Assembly (NCBI GenBank): GCA_047967505.1
Contig: CM106538.1
Length of the DNA stretch: 64,000 nucleotides
DNA from: Dipteris shenzhenensis
Taxonomy: Eukaryota
Direction: 5' to 3' (one strand)
The translations under genes and the position numbers were made by a program. The notes under the pieces were generated by a model, which saw only the letters and a program-made list of their open reading frames with translations, was not told where the DNA came from and did not search any database. Shown here in pieces: positions 51,750 through 63,921 of this stretch (positions within the stretch are counted from its first letter, which is position 1; each line of letters begins with the position of its first letter).

Positions 51750-52505
51750 TTGCGGATACTCGGGATATCTATGGCTCATCTAGATGAATATCAAGTAATA
51801 AAATAAAATCATCTTGAAAATCAAGAAGCTATGCCTATCGTGAATCCGGTCCCGGCCTTGCATTTAACTCCACAACCAGCAAGTTTTTCCAGAAGCTTCA
51901 GAAATCGATTACGTCCCAATATAGGGCAAAGTAGGTGAGGTCTCAACACCTGCATAGAGGTCTAGAGCAAAGTGCGAGGTCTTAGGAAGGAAATAGTATA
52001 TGGCAAGGAAGAGGTCATGCCGTGATGTGCGTCAAAACCTAATCCAGAGAAATCTGGAATATGTGTCCCGTTTCTCAACAGAGATCATCCTAGTGAGATG
52101 TGATTGATATAGCACTACCAGTCATCCTAATCCACGTACTCCATAGTTCTCTTGAGTCTCATCGTGGTATGTTGTTTCCGATGTATTGCTATAGACTACA
52201 ACAACGGGCACTCTAGGCTTGGACAAGTCTCTATGTAGAAAACTTTATCTCACATTTTGTAGACACTGCAAGAAATTTCGTGGATCTGACCATAAGGTGT
52301 TATTATAGATCTAAATGGTGTAGTTCAGGGTCTCGATGCTCTGAGTCTCATAGATCCCCTTGACCAAATGCCCATTGGGAGCCTATCAAAAGTCTTCCAT
52401 CTTGAATCATTACCCACGTCTCCTCCTTGCAAGCGATGTCCTATTGTTGTAGGAGGGTGCTCCTCTCCTCTACTTGTAACGGTGTGAGGTCCTTATCCAT
52501 ATGAA
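51750..52505 (-). mobile_element. Decayed RTEX-like fragment: ORF1 C-terminus followed by EN remnant
   Basis: MDKDLTPLQVEERSTLL matches MDEDLTPLQVEERRSLL near 27770; downstream VVELNARPG resembles GDFNARTG. Confidence 0.6.
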
Positions 52506-53329
52506 TATACTACTTCCTCATCCATATGAATACGCTACCTCCATGCAGACTTTTGACTTTGATCTTCCACAAGGGGTAGTTAGTCTATGAAGCTTAACCC
52601 TTTTGGAAATTAGGGATGGGAAGGTGCATGGTTGATGCCATTTCTACTCTTCTGCTTGCCCTAAACACAGAAAGGAAAGGCTAGAAAACCTGCTATTAAC
52701 AAAAACCACAACAAACTAGGAAATACCCCCTGTGCTCCAATGGCTAACTGGATCTAGGGCTTGGTGCCCTTGTTTGCTGCAGCTCTTCCACATTGGATCC
52801 ATGAAAGAGAACTGAGGTGGAGGCAATTCTAGGTTGAAGTGCGTGCCACATACATATGTAGGTAAGATAGGTGTGCACACACAATGAATTGCTGCAATGG
52901 AATGAAAGCATACAATTCTACATGCAACAACTGCTGCAAAATGATCATCATATAGTTAACCCTAGGATGAGGAGATGAGGAGGTGAGGTGTGAGGGTGAA
53001 GCGTCCTTATGCCTTGTCTCACAAAAGCTACTGCTTCAGCCCCTCCTATGTGGCACATTGACGTATTGTGCCCGATCTGAATGTATCAAAACACATACAT
53101 AAATGGGATACTAGAATTTGCTTGGCTGTAGAGTGAGTTACATGTTGATTGCAGTATCTATGTGACACATGGCAGAGGCCCATGAGTTAGACTATTGATA
53201 CACTGCCATGTGGTACGCATCCCCTTTATCCACGATGGATATATGTGGAGGTATGCCCCATCATGTGACTCCTTAAAAGTCTTAACCACTGTTCATGACA
53301 TAACATCTTGAGTAGCCTAACCTAGGACC

Positions 53330-55000
53330 TAATTTCTAACTACCAATTATTCTAACCCGAATCACTGGGAGGGTAAATTGATGAACTAATTCTATAGCTC
53401 ATTGCTACTTCTCCCTTGATAAACAATGGATAAGATTTTATGTCCATCAGCTTGAAAAACTTTACTTGCTTAATCTTGCCAATAGGTTAGGATGTCAGCC
53501 ACATGATCTTCTATCGGATAATGTATGAATTTCTATTTCATTGCTTAGAATCTTTCATTTATAAAGTAGTGTTGCATTTCAACGAATCCTTGGCCAATTC
53601 AATAAAGCTTTGGTTGTCCATCAATAATGGAGTTGGATCGTTTTGAGTAAGCCCTATATCATTTTAGATCCTTCTCAACCAGATAGCATCATAGGCTGCA
53701 TTTGAAGATGCTGTTTATTCAGCTTCTATGGAGTATAAAGAAATCGTGCTTTGTTTCATATTGCTCCATGGTATCAGGCAAGCGGTGAGATCCAATGCTG
53801 ACACAATATCTAAGAGTAGATCTTTTGTCATCTAAGCACCTTGCCCAAACACTATCAATAAACCGTGATAGTTTTGAATCATTGCATCTCTTGTATTCAA
53901 CTCCACATGTCAGTGTTTGCTTCCTTGATGTAGCTAAGTATCCTCTTAGCTGCCTTCTAATGGCTTTCTTTTTAGTCAGCCATATGTTGGAACATGGTAC
54001 TAACCAGAAAAGCTATGTCCAGTCTAGTGGTGGCTAAATATATCAAGCTACCTGGCAGAAAGTACCATATACTCTAGAACTATCCTAATCCTTTCATAAA
54101 TTAATCGGCTTGCAATCATTAATTTTTGAAAATATTGCTCAAGACAAGGCTCCATAATCGTTGGCTGTTCCTGATGTACTAAATTTACTATCTGAAGGAT
54201 CCCTGACTTGCCCCTCTCTGGATCTTCCCTCCCTTCTTTGTTGTCCTATTAACTTTTAAGGTTTCTTTCTTGCACTGGCCAGCTCCATGATAAAGGGCCC
54301 ATTCACTAATCCAGAATCCCATCTGACCTAATGTCATATGATTGCTTCAAGGGGCTGCTGTTACTTATCTCTTTAAAGGTTTCTCATATGGCATAATTTA
54401 CTCACTCACTTGATAGCTTATTAAAGCAGCTTCCTTTATCATGCCCCCCCCCCGTTTACAGTTTTTTGTCCTTGCTTAATGTTCCCATTTTAGTATATCA
54501 AGTTGGCTACATAAACTCATTGACCTGTACGCTACATAAATTCCTCTTCAATCTATGGCTATGTTTCTCTCCTAGAGTTCTCTTGAGCTCTATTTTCAGG
54601 AGCCTAGCAATCTTCTATGTATTTATGATTGAATTATGCTTCTTCATCTTGTATGCTAAGGAGGTATCCTTTTGCAGTTGAGTAATGATCGGAGCATTTA
54701 CCATCAAATTAAAGTTCTATAAGCCCTAATCTTTGAACACCATGTCTGAATATTGCCATTGGCCACATCTTGTAATGTCTTACTACAGGAGAAAGTCTCA
54801 AATTTACCGCAAATAGAACTTTTAAAGTGATTCTTTCTCTCTTCCAAAGGTCCATATTGTTATTTCGCATTATGGATCTAGCTTGGTTAGGCAAATCTCT
54901 GTATTGAGAAGCACTCTTTCCTGCATCTTTGATTGTCTTTCCAGATATGGAGGCTAGGTTGCACTCACTCAAGAATGTGGTACACCTTCACAAGGAATAT
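53330..55000 (-). mobile_element. Decayed Ty1/copia relic (RNaseH recognisable)
   Basis: PWSNMKQSTISLYSIEAE*TASSNAAYDAIWLRRI near 53660-53780; the rest is heavily eroded and the boundaries are rough. Confidence 0.6.
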
Positions 55001-55389
55001 ACTAGTCTCATAAATTTACACAGCTTTATCTAATTGCAAAGAAAATTGCGACTCAATCCATTTATAACCACTCCTATTGAGTTACTCTCATGCGAATCAA
55101 ACCATTACTTGAATTGGCTTGTGGGCAGTACCATGTAGTGAAAGTATGGTAAGTGGCACGGAGGGGGAAGAGCTACTCAAGCATTTTCAGAAGTAACAGA
55201 TTGTTTCCTAGTTTGTTACTCAACATTGTTACTGTATGGGTATTATATGCATCTATGCATGTTGTTTCTTCCTTTTTGGATTTGACATATTATTTTCTGA
55301 GATAATTTGATTAGTCTGGGCAACCGTTAGTAGTCCCTCCCTCCCCATCCACTAAGTTTGAAGCAGATTGTATTTTTGTGTGTGACTAG

Positions 55390-55457
55390 GTGGTGCTTCT
55401 TGTAGGAGATGTATCTTTTCTTCATGATACAAATGGGTTGACACTTTTAAACAAAAG
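55390..55457 (+). CDS. PHYLLO: PHYLLO exon D (MenD ThDP-binding motif, first half), phase 0-2
   Basis: actag acceptor, gtaagc donor; VVLLVGDVSFLHDTNGLTLLNK. Too short for the ORF track; translated by hand. Confidence 0.92.
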
Positions 55458-55604
55458 GTAAGCTTGGATGGTTTTCTACAGATCAAGATAGGATTTAGAT
55501 TTGATGCTAGTTGCATACAAGTAGGATCAGGGCTACATGTTTTCATAGGTTGAAGTCGATGCACATTGACTCTAATGCATTTTTTCGTTTTCCTTTTCAT
55601 CAAG

Positions 55605-55763
55605 AGCTGGACAGCCACCGGTCGTCGTTATTGTTGTGAATAACTTCGGAGGAGGAATTTTCAGCCTTCTCCCTGTAGCTAATACTGCATCAGGGGCGGC
55701 TTTTACGAATTTTTTTTCTACACCACATGATATTTCAGTTCGACAATTATGCCTTGCACACAG
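55605..55763 (+). CDS. PHYLLO: PHYLLO exon E (MenD ThDP-binding motif, second half), phase 2-2
   Basis: Pyrimidine tract plus caag acceptor, gtactt donor; (R)AGQPPVVVIVVNNFGGGIFSLLP...FSTPHD...LCLAH. Completes the GD...NN ThDP motif and NNxGGGIF. Confidence 0.92.
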
Positions 55764-56463
55764 GTACTTTACCTTGATACTCTGGGCTTCTAAAATGCGT
55801 AGAAAGGCTTTATCAACCCAAGTCTCTGAACTTATCAAACATGCCTCAGAAGCTCACATATTGTCTGCCAAGCAAGTAGCATCCCTCATGAAAAATTGTC
55901 TAGGGGTCTTCTGCTCCACATCATAACCTGCTTACAACTAAAGATGAAGAAATCAATAGAGTTTTTATGGACATCTTTTTTCAGATCCCACTTCTAAATT
56001 AACCTTTTCGCAATGAATTTTCACGATTTGTTATCTGCTCATGCTGCATTTTACAGGATGTATGTGACCAGGTCATTTAGTATATGGGTATCATCCATGA
56101 GATAATATGCCTTGATGACTTGAGTTTTAGATGCTCACATAAGGAATTTTAATGGTAAAATATAACAGTGATGAATTTATGTGAAGCTATGAAATATTTT
56201 CAATTCCCATGTGTCACTTTTGGCAGGATTAAAACGTGGAAAAAAGGATTTAATTAGTGATCACTGTTTTGTTTTGCGGACCTTTTCTGTTTTCAAAGCA
56301 GATTATTTTTTTCTGAGAATCCTTTTTGTAAAATGCGGTTTCATCTTCCGCAAGTTAGAAACTGCCAGTACCAAATATAAGAAAGTATTTAATGGATCAG
56401 AGACTAGTAAGAATTGCTAAATCTTGTATAGTAGTTAAAATATTTTTTATTTGTTCTGTTCAG

Positions 56464-56589
56464 GGTCAATCATACACTTGTGCGTTCAAGGCAACAATTA
56501 GAGGATGCACTTTATTTCATCCAGAAACAGCAGTTAAGCTGGATAGTAGAAGTAGAGAGTAATATTGAAGAAAATGCTGAGTTTCACAG
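56464..56589 (+). CDS. PHYLLO: PHYLLO exon F (MenD C-terminus), phase 2-2
   Basis: ttcag acceptor, gtggtc donor; (R)VNHTLVRSRQQLEDAL...WIVEVESNIEENAEFH. Confidence 0.88.
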
Positions 56590-56702
56590 GTGGTCTATTC
56601 AGCCATGAATTATTCTCAGCGTTTGCAGATCTTAAACGCCAGTGTTTTCATGCCATTATGTTAGAAATGATACCTTACTAACTTGTATATAAGAAACTGC
56701 AG

Positions 56703-56831
56703 ATTGCTTCAGTCATCAACACGTCAAGCTATGAAGCATGCTCTTCAAGTAGTTCACAAAACCGAAGACATATTTGGCTCTGAGAAGATCAGAAGCTGGA
56801 CTATTGAAGATGCTGTATATTTTCATTATAG
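56703..56831 (+). CDS. PHYLLO: PHYLLO exon G (MenD-MenC linker), phase 2-2
   Basis: ctgcag acceptor, gttcat donor; (R)LLQSSTRQAMKHALQVV...AVYFHY. Keeps the frame between exons F and H. Confidence 0.8.
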
Positions 56832-56975
56832 GTTCATATGACTGACGGTTTCTTTCTTTAAACACATTTGTTTTCATATGCTATAGGCACGTTGGTAGCT
56901 TTACCTCACATATATGCATCCTGTTGTCTCCTATAATATTCAGGATTTGACTTCTGCCTTTTTCTGATCAATCAG

Positions 56976-57093
56976 GTTTCCACTCTGTGCTAGTCCAACT
57001 GCAAAAGTTGAAGTAAAGTTAACTGAAGCAAATTATAGGGAGGGCTTCATACTCTGCATTACACTTTGCAATGGGTTGTCTGGGTTTGGTGAG
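56976..57093 (+). CDS. PHYLLO: PHYLLO exon H (MenC / o-succinylbenzoate synthase N-terminal domain), phase 2-0
   Basis: atcag acceptor, gtacgg donor; (R)FPLCASPT...YREGFILCITLCNGLSGFGE, the enolase-superfamily capping-domain REG...GxGE pattern. Confidence 0.9.
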
Positions 57094-57213
57094 GTACGGT
57101 ATAAAGTTCAACTAGCAATAGATATGGCGTTGGAGATGTTGCCATAGTTTTGCAAATCTTTTGTACAAGACCAAAGAGACATAGAGTCACTTACCTGTGA
57201 AAACCCTTTTCAG

Positions 57214-57372
57214 GTTGCTCCACTAGGGGGACTTCATAAAGAGGACATGATGGATGTTGAGGAGCAATTAAAACTGTTAATGCAACTGTTGAACAGAGCA
57301 AAGCTGAATAACACTCTAGCTTTTCTGAATGGAAGCTTTTCTGCGTGGCTGTATAATTGTGTAGGGATAATG
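57214..57372 (+). CDS. PHYLLO: PHYLLO exon I (MenC), phase 0-0; the gene continues beyond the window
   Basis: ttttcag acceptor, gtaagc donor; VAPLGGLHKEDMMDVEEQL...LNGSFSAWLYNCVGIM. Completes GFGE|VAPL, typical of MenC. Confidence 0.9.
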
Positions 57373-57409
57373 GTAAGCTATTCTGATGTCTTGCAGTAAA
57401 ATATACTAT

Positions 57410-57470
57410 CTGTATATATATGTATGTATGTATATACATACATGCATACACATATATACATATAGACACA

Positions 57471-57519
<49 letters not shown>
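57410..57519. repeat. (TA/TATG)n-(CA)n compound microsatellite about 40 nt after exon I
   Basis: Directly visible; it anchors the L1 stack that follows. Confidence 0.95.
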
Positions 57520-57521
<2 letters not shown>

Positions 57522-57588
57522 AGTTTATACTACACAAAAGCTTCCCCTAAATGGGGAGCTCAATATTACATCAACAGAACATCTCAGT
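57520..57588 (-). mobile_element. L1 3' stub of about 70 bp between (CA)n tracts
   Basis: Minus strand reads TEMFC* then a hairpin (compare TEIFC*/TEIFS* of the family). No polyA is retained. Confidence 0.6.
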
Positions 57589-57598
57589 ACACACACAC

Positions 57599-58624
57599 TT
57601 TTTTTGGTAAAATCCAGTGTATTTATATTCTCATAAATTTACAAGATGGGAAGTCTCCCACACACTGACATTAGACTCCAAAAGAGAGCCCAATGGAAGA
57701 ACTCAAAAACAGGTAGAGAACACTTCAAGGCTAGTAGCATCAAAGTCCCTTGCAGCAAAACTATCATATAAGGATTGCTTGAGGGACATTCTGAAGAAAA
57801 TATATGCCTGAGGAAACTGTTGACCCATCCTAGAATGCAGTCTCTGTGTCCAAATGGTCCATAGTACCCAAAAGCGAGTCCAGTGAAAGAAGAGGAGGAA
57901 TGGAGACATCTGAGATGAGAGGCATCCAAACATCCAGAAGAGTTTCCCAAATCTGATAGAGGGAAACCGAAGCCGCAGCAAATGAGAAATATGAGTGATC
58001 AATATGCGAGAGTGTGGGCAAGACCATAATAGGTGAGGAACTGTCTCGCAGTGATGAGAGCAACGGGGGCAGGAAGGGGAAGCAATGCGGCGTGCTGCCA
58101 ATTTCACCCCAATGGAAAAAGCTCCCACTATACATCTCCAAAAGAAAAGTCTCTGTTTCAATGGCAATTTGGCTTTCCAGATTTTCATGAGTCGTGATTG
58201 TCACCAAGATAAAGGCCTATCCAAATTCCAACGAGTGTTGGCATGCTTGTCAATCCATGGCGGTGGAAGAAGAAATCTGTAGACCTTCGAGGAGGTCAGA
58301 TTGTGCATTGAAAGCGTATGGGTAGCAGGAGGTAAGGAAGTCAAATTCCAGTCCAGTAATCTGTCCTGTACAAACAGTGGAGGAACCGGAACAAATGGCT
58401 GCAACATAGTTGAAAGTATTCTCCAAATGGACCTATGATGCAGACCCAAGGAGAATGTCCTGCAAGCTTGTGGAAATGAAAGCATACAACCTTGTTGATC
58501 CACAACATCGCCAACAAATCTTATGCCCAATTTCATGAGATTGTATGCTTTAATAGGTGCCTGTAAAGCGAGAGGCAATTCAAACACCTTGCTCCAATGG
58601 ATGCTTTCCAAGCGAAAAGAATTA
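57599..58624 (-). mobile_element. 5'-truncated L1 (same family as 42668-46892) inside (CA)n
   Basis: Near-identical peptide MKIWKAKLPLKQRLFFWRCIVGAFSIG..CPRC..H..WSC; A7 tail; (CA)n on both sides. Confidence 0.95.
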
Positions 58625-58643
58625 CACACACACACACACATAC

Positions 58644-58723
58644 TTTTCCCCCTTTTTTTTGGGTTAAAATTTTGATACTTTATATTACAGTTTGGCTATC
58701 CCCAAAAACGTGATATGCCAAAT
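58644..58723 (-). mobile_element. 80-bp A-tailed stub between (CA)n tracts (probable L1 3' UTR)
   Basis: Hairpin TTTGGC..GCCAAA, tail A8G5A4, then GTATGTGT. Assignment by architecture only. Confidence 0.55.
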
Positions 58724-58815
58724 TACACACACACACACTTTTTTTGTGAGAAGAAATCTTTTATTTCGATGAAATAATTACATTCATAGCTGCTTCAAAA
58801 CGAAGTAGCTACTAC

Positions 58816-61800
58816 TCAACAAAAGATCTCAGTATAAGCTGTATACACATCCTGATCTATCAAACGAGTCTGAAAACAATCGTAGAATGATTGTTGCAGA
58901 GATCGTTTGAAAAAAAGAAAGGATGAAAATAGTGGATCACCAAAGACTCAATGATTTCTATCCATCCATAAAGTCCATAGGGTCCAATATCGCACCCATA
59001 CAAAAAATAAATCAAAACCCTGTCTCTGGGGATGAAATCCAAACAACCAGAAAAATCTGCCAAAAGTGACAGTAGGAAATCGTTGTCGAAGCCTCTGTCT
59101 GATGAGAGCAATGAGTGCAGAAGTGTTTGGACAGGACCAAAAGATATGGAGCACTGATTCAGTAGAGTGCGAGCATCGGTGACAAACAGCTAAAGCAATA
59201 TGTCTGTGTGCAAGTAACTGTCCAGATGGAAAAATGCCAAGGAGAACTCGCCATAGGAAAAGCTGTTGTCGAAGAGGGACTTTGTAATGCCAAAGGAGAC
59301 GCAGCCTTTTCCTCCACCACTTCATTGGACGATCCATATGCCAAACAGTATTTGCTCTGTTGGAAATCCAAGGTGGAGGTAATAACACTTTATATAGTGA
59401 TGACACTGTAATATGTGAAAGCTTTAGAGGACGGACATATGAGGAAGGAGAGCGTAAACTCCAATCCTCAAGCCGATGCTGAATTTCTAAATGAGGTACC
59501 GGTAAGTACGGTTGGAGCATTGCTGAAATTTTATGCCATAAAGGACGATAATGAGCTCCCAAGCCATATTTGCGAGCAGCCAAAGAAAAAGATAGAATTG
59601 TGCCATCATCCTGAAGTACATCCGCCACATATGAAATGCCTTTGAAGGAGAGAAAATAAGAACGACGGGGTTCTTGTATGGCCAAAGGTGGATGGAATAC
59701 TTTGGACCAAAAGAGATTCTCTGCCCTCAAAGAGTTGCCCGAGAGTGAGTCCCTTCCTTTCCATTCCAAGTGGGATAGAATATGTTTCCAATCAAGAAGC
59801 AGAGAAGAGACAAAAGGGCATCCTCTGATCTTGCCTTGGAGAGAGCCAAATAAAAAATCCCACTGAGTAGGCTGCCAATTCCCAAAAGCAGATGTATGAA
59901 GATGTAATAAGAGAGAGCGGATCATAAAAGCCCAAGGCTGATCTCCTTGTAGAAACTGCATCATCATTTTTCCCCTGTGAGCAAGCAAATGCATTTGAAT
60001 ATTGAGAATGTTCAGACCCCCGTGCATCTTTGGAGAACAGAGACGGTGCATGGAGAGTAATCTGAGACTTTTCTTGCCATGTTTTGAACGCCAGAAAATT
60101 TCCATGATAGCTGACATAAATGAAACCAAATCTGCCTTAGTGAACATAGTGAGAGGCAGATAAAATTGTATGTATGCTATCAAAATGGATTGTGTAATTC
60201 GCAGACGAACATGTAATGGCCAAGTTGCAAGCTTCCAATATTCAAGTTTTGCCCTTAACTTTACTAACACCCAATCAGTTTGTTGTGAACGGGTGAGTCC
60301 CCAGCCTAGAGGATAACCAAGGTGTCGAATAAATTGAGAAGCAGGGATAATTTCCCCAGGCCACAAAAGATTGTGCCAGTCCTGTGCATGTAAAGGCAGC
60401 AATTTTGATTTTTGAAAATTGACCTGAAGGCCAGCAGCCAATCCATATGTAGAAAGAGCATGCATAATCATGGACAGATCAGCCCGAGTATTTTTTGGAG
60501 AAAAGAAAGAATCATCAGCATATGCTTGAGCAATCATGCTGCGACTGCCAAGAATCTCCAAACCGTGCAGCTGGTCAGTGTCTAAGAGGTGATCTAGATA
60601 TTGAAGCAGTGGATGAGTGGCTATGGCAAAAAGTAAAGCACTCAGTGGGCATCCTTGTCTGACAGAGCAAGCAAGAGTCCAGGATGGAGAAATATCTCCT
60701 GAAAGTATACAGGCAGCTTCACTATCTTGATATAGCCAATTAATGAGTTGCTGCATTTTTGTGCCAAAACCCAAAGCCTGCATAGTCGATGAGATGAAAT
60801 CCCACTGAACTGTATCAAAAGCTTTGGCAATATCAACTTGCAATAACAAAACATCGTGCTGTGTGTATTTGGCATATTCAATTCCAATGTAGGCATTGGC
60901 AATGTTATCGGTGATATGCCTACGCGGGACAAAGCCATATTGTGCAGGATGCAACCCATCATGTAAAAACCCCTTTAGCCGAGCAACAATCATTTTGGTA
61001 GTGACTTTGTAAATTACGGGCATAAGAGTGATAGGTCTCCAGTCTGCCAAAGACTCACAAATTTGTTTTTTAGGAAGGAGTTTAACAAGACCTCTCTTCC
61101 ATGTGTCTGGCATTTTCTGATGTTGCCATGCAGCATTCACCATATATAGTAATGGATGCTTCAAAATAGGCCAGTATGCTAGAAAAAACTCGACTGTTAA
61201 ACCATCCCATCCGGGGGATTTCCATCTGCCACATGATTTGATTGCATCTGACAGTTCGCTCTCAGTAAAGGGTTCCTCCAATTCCAAAGCTTGAGTAGAG
61301 GAAATTATTGGAGAAACATTTTGCAATAGTAAATTCCGAGCAAGCAAAACCTGTTGCGAGGGCGGAGCTGCAGAGCCAAATTGCTGGGAGAAGTGATGTA
61401 CACAAACAGAGGCAAGCTGTGACCGTGAAGTAGTCCATGATCCATCGGGCATAAGCACTCGGCAAATTTCTGTTTTGATTCTCCTCTGATGCAAACTTTT
61501 GAAAAATTCTTTGGAAGAGCAACCTTTATCTGTGAAGGCTCTTTGTCTTGCTCTAGTCTCCCATTTTGCCAGTTTCCTGTGATCATTTAATTTAAGACAA
61601 TGTCTAGCCTGACATAGTGTGTTTTGCTCATGCATGGACAACGAACGATGATGACTGAGTTCAGTGAGGTCTTGACAAGTAGACTTGGCCTGAGTAATGG
61701 TTTCCCTCAGAGTCTTCATGTAAGACTTGCCATAAGCTCTGATCACCATTTGCATTTTAGAAATAAAAGAAGCCCAGGCATCATCAGCATGAAGATAGCT

Positions 61801-62630
61801 GCTAGAGGAAAGACAATGAGCTGCTTCAGTAACCATTGCCTTGAATTCAACATGTTGCAAATAACTATTGTTGATATTAGATGTCGCCTTTGTGGCAATC
61901 TATCTTCTGGCATCTTATGAAAAGATAAACGCAGCCATAGTGGTGCATGGTCTGAATGCACAAAGGCATAATCAATCCATATTTTGCATGCGAGATCCCC
62001 ATTTTGTTGGGGAGCGACACTATACCAACGATCCAGTCTTGCCTGATAAGCGGAAAGAGCATTATGTTGAAAAGTGTAGCCCGGTGACAAAGGCTGCAAT
62101 TCCTTCCAAAGGTCAACCAGATTTAAATGCAAAAGTAATTGAGACCATGCATGCCTTTCAGGAGATAACATATGATCGTGGTTGGAAGTGTTGTCTCCCT
62201 GTTGTGGAGCATTATTGAAATCCCCACATATGTAGGCATGATATCTCCACGGGTATTGTTGCATAACATCCCAAATTACAGTTCTGTCCCGAGATGACTG
62301 AGGTGCATAAACTGAAGCAAATTCAAACACCTCTCCTCTAATAATGCATTGGAGAATAAGCCATCTACCTTTGTTGTCATTTAACGCAATGACTGGTTGA
62401 AGCTCATGTTTGATCAAAAGGACAACCCCTGAGAAAGAGTGCTCCCCAGCATAGAAAATGTCATACCCACAGAAGTGTCCTGTCTTGCCTGCATAAATAT
62501 GTTGGTTGTGCTCTTGTAATGCCACTATGTCAGGCTGAAATCTGTTGATGTACAGCCACACAGATTTCCATTTCCTACTGTCACATATACCCTGTACATT
62601 GAGTGTAAAACATGTGATGTGAGCAGTCAT
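58816..62630 (-). pseudogene. L1 ORF2p (APE-RT-zf-RVT) with two frameshifts, near 61860 and near 58950
   Basis: LNVQG, LQEHN, SVYAP, CGDFN, RLDRW, SDH in one frame; a 970-aa RT frame with YADD and CHRC..H..WSC; AYTEIFC* in the shifted C-terminal segment. Confidence 0.92.
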
Positions 62631-62685
62631 ATATACAGATATTTATAGTAATGTAACAACTATGTACAGCAGCAAAAGTATGAGG

Positions 62686-63921
62686 TCAGCCTTGCATCTC
62701 TATCTCAGGGTCGAGGCCTCGCCCTTGAGAAGAAGTAGTCACCTGAGAAGTGGACAGCAAGGCAGCAACCTCTTCTTCAGGGAAGAGTGTTCTGCTGGCT
62801 GTTACTGCAGCCCATGTAATCCCAATTCCTGTATTGATCTCTGGGGTGTTTCCGCTAGAAGATGCACCATTCCAAGTGCGGGGGGGTGGAATTCTTCGAG
62901 CAGAAATAACTTTTCTTGGGCTCTGCCAGCCATCAGTTGAAGGTTTCTTTCCTTTGGGCATGGACTGAGTAGCAGGAGGTGAATGTGAAGTGAGATTCAT
63001 ATTGGTAACTACTGAATCTTTGCCTTTTTCCTGACTTCCAGGATGCTGTCTGCTGCTTTTATTTTTGTTGGCAACTGGAGTAGGAGCATCTTTAGTAGGC
63101 ATGTGTACCGGCAAGGTGACATGAGGCATTTTATGTGGGTTCAGTGGGCACTGTGAAGCCATGTGTCCAAACTTTTTGCATTCAAAACAGGCCCCTGCAA
63201 ATAAACCCCATTTGAGTTTATAAAATGCACTCCCCATGTTCACATTGTTCACCGTGACTGAATAAGAGTCCGGTGTGGGATTATCAGTATCCCAGAGAAT
63301 GCAAAATCTGTTTGAATTGCCATTTGGCCGTGGTGGGCAGACCACTTTACCTAAAGAGGCTGCAATTTTAGGCAAAAGTGAGGCCATGCATTGGGGGAAA
63401 TCAACGACTTCAACCCAGACTGGGCATCTGTGTCTGATTAAAGCCTGAAAGTCCCTTGTGGGAGACCATGGCAAGACATGCACCATTTGCTGTCCAAAAA
63501 AAAGAGGTGAATGTTCCAAAAGCATTTGTCTGTGGATCTCATCCACCATGATAACCTCGAAAAAGCCCCTGGCTGCATAGTGTACTTTACGAACAAAAGA
63601 GCCAGCCAAAGTGCGTGTGAGCCAGTTGCCTATCTCTGCAGCAGGTGGCATCCGGCCTGGAAAGAATAATATAACTGCATTCTTGGCATACTCTCTGACT
63701 GGATCCACAATTTCATCGACCTCAACCATGAGGCCAACTGAGGGAACCGATTCTTTCCAGTCTTTTCTCGTATCTGCAAATCCTTCATGCATTACATCAT
63801 ACACTAGTTGAGCCTCAAGTGTATCATGCATTGGGTCATGCTGACCCTCAACCTGCTTTTGCTTCTTGCAGGGAGCCGAGCGCTCCTTTTGAAATGTTTT
63901 TTCATATGAATACTTTGCCAT
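62686..63921 (-). CDS. L1 ORF1p (DUF4283-like RRM region plus CCHC knuckle), intact, 411 aa
   Basis: GFFEV..PLFFGQQMVHVLPWSP..PVWVEV..IAASLGKV; CFECKKFGHMASQC (CX2CX4HX4C). Confidence 0.9.
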   Translation of the reverse strand: MAKYSYEKTFQKERSAPCKKQKQVEGQHDPMHDTLEAQLVYDVMHEGFADTRKDWKESVPSVGLMVEVDEIVDPVREYAKNAVILFFPGRMPPAAEIGNWLTRTLAGSFVRKVHYAARGFFEVIMVDEIHRQMLLEHSPLFFGQQMVHVLPWSPTRDFQALIRHRCPVWVEVVDFPQCMASLLPKIAASLGKVVCPPRPNGNSNRFCILWDTDNPTPDSYSVTVNNVNMGSAFYKLKWGLFAGACFECKKFGHMASQCPLNPHKMPHVTLPVHMPTKDAPTPVANKNKSSRQHPGSQEKGKDSVVTNMNLTSHSPPATQSMPKGKKPSTDGWQSPRKVISARRIPPPRTWNGASSSGNTPEINTGIGITWAAVTASRTLFPEEEVAALLSTSQVTTSSQGRGLDPEIEMQG

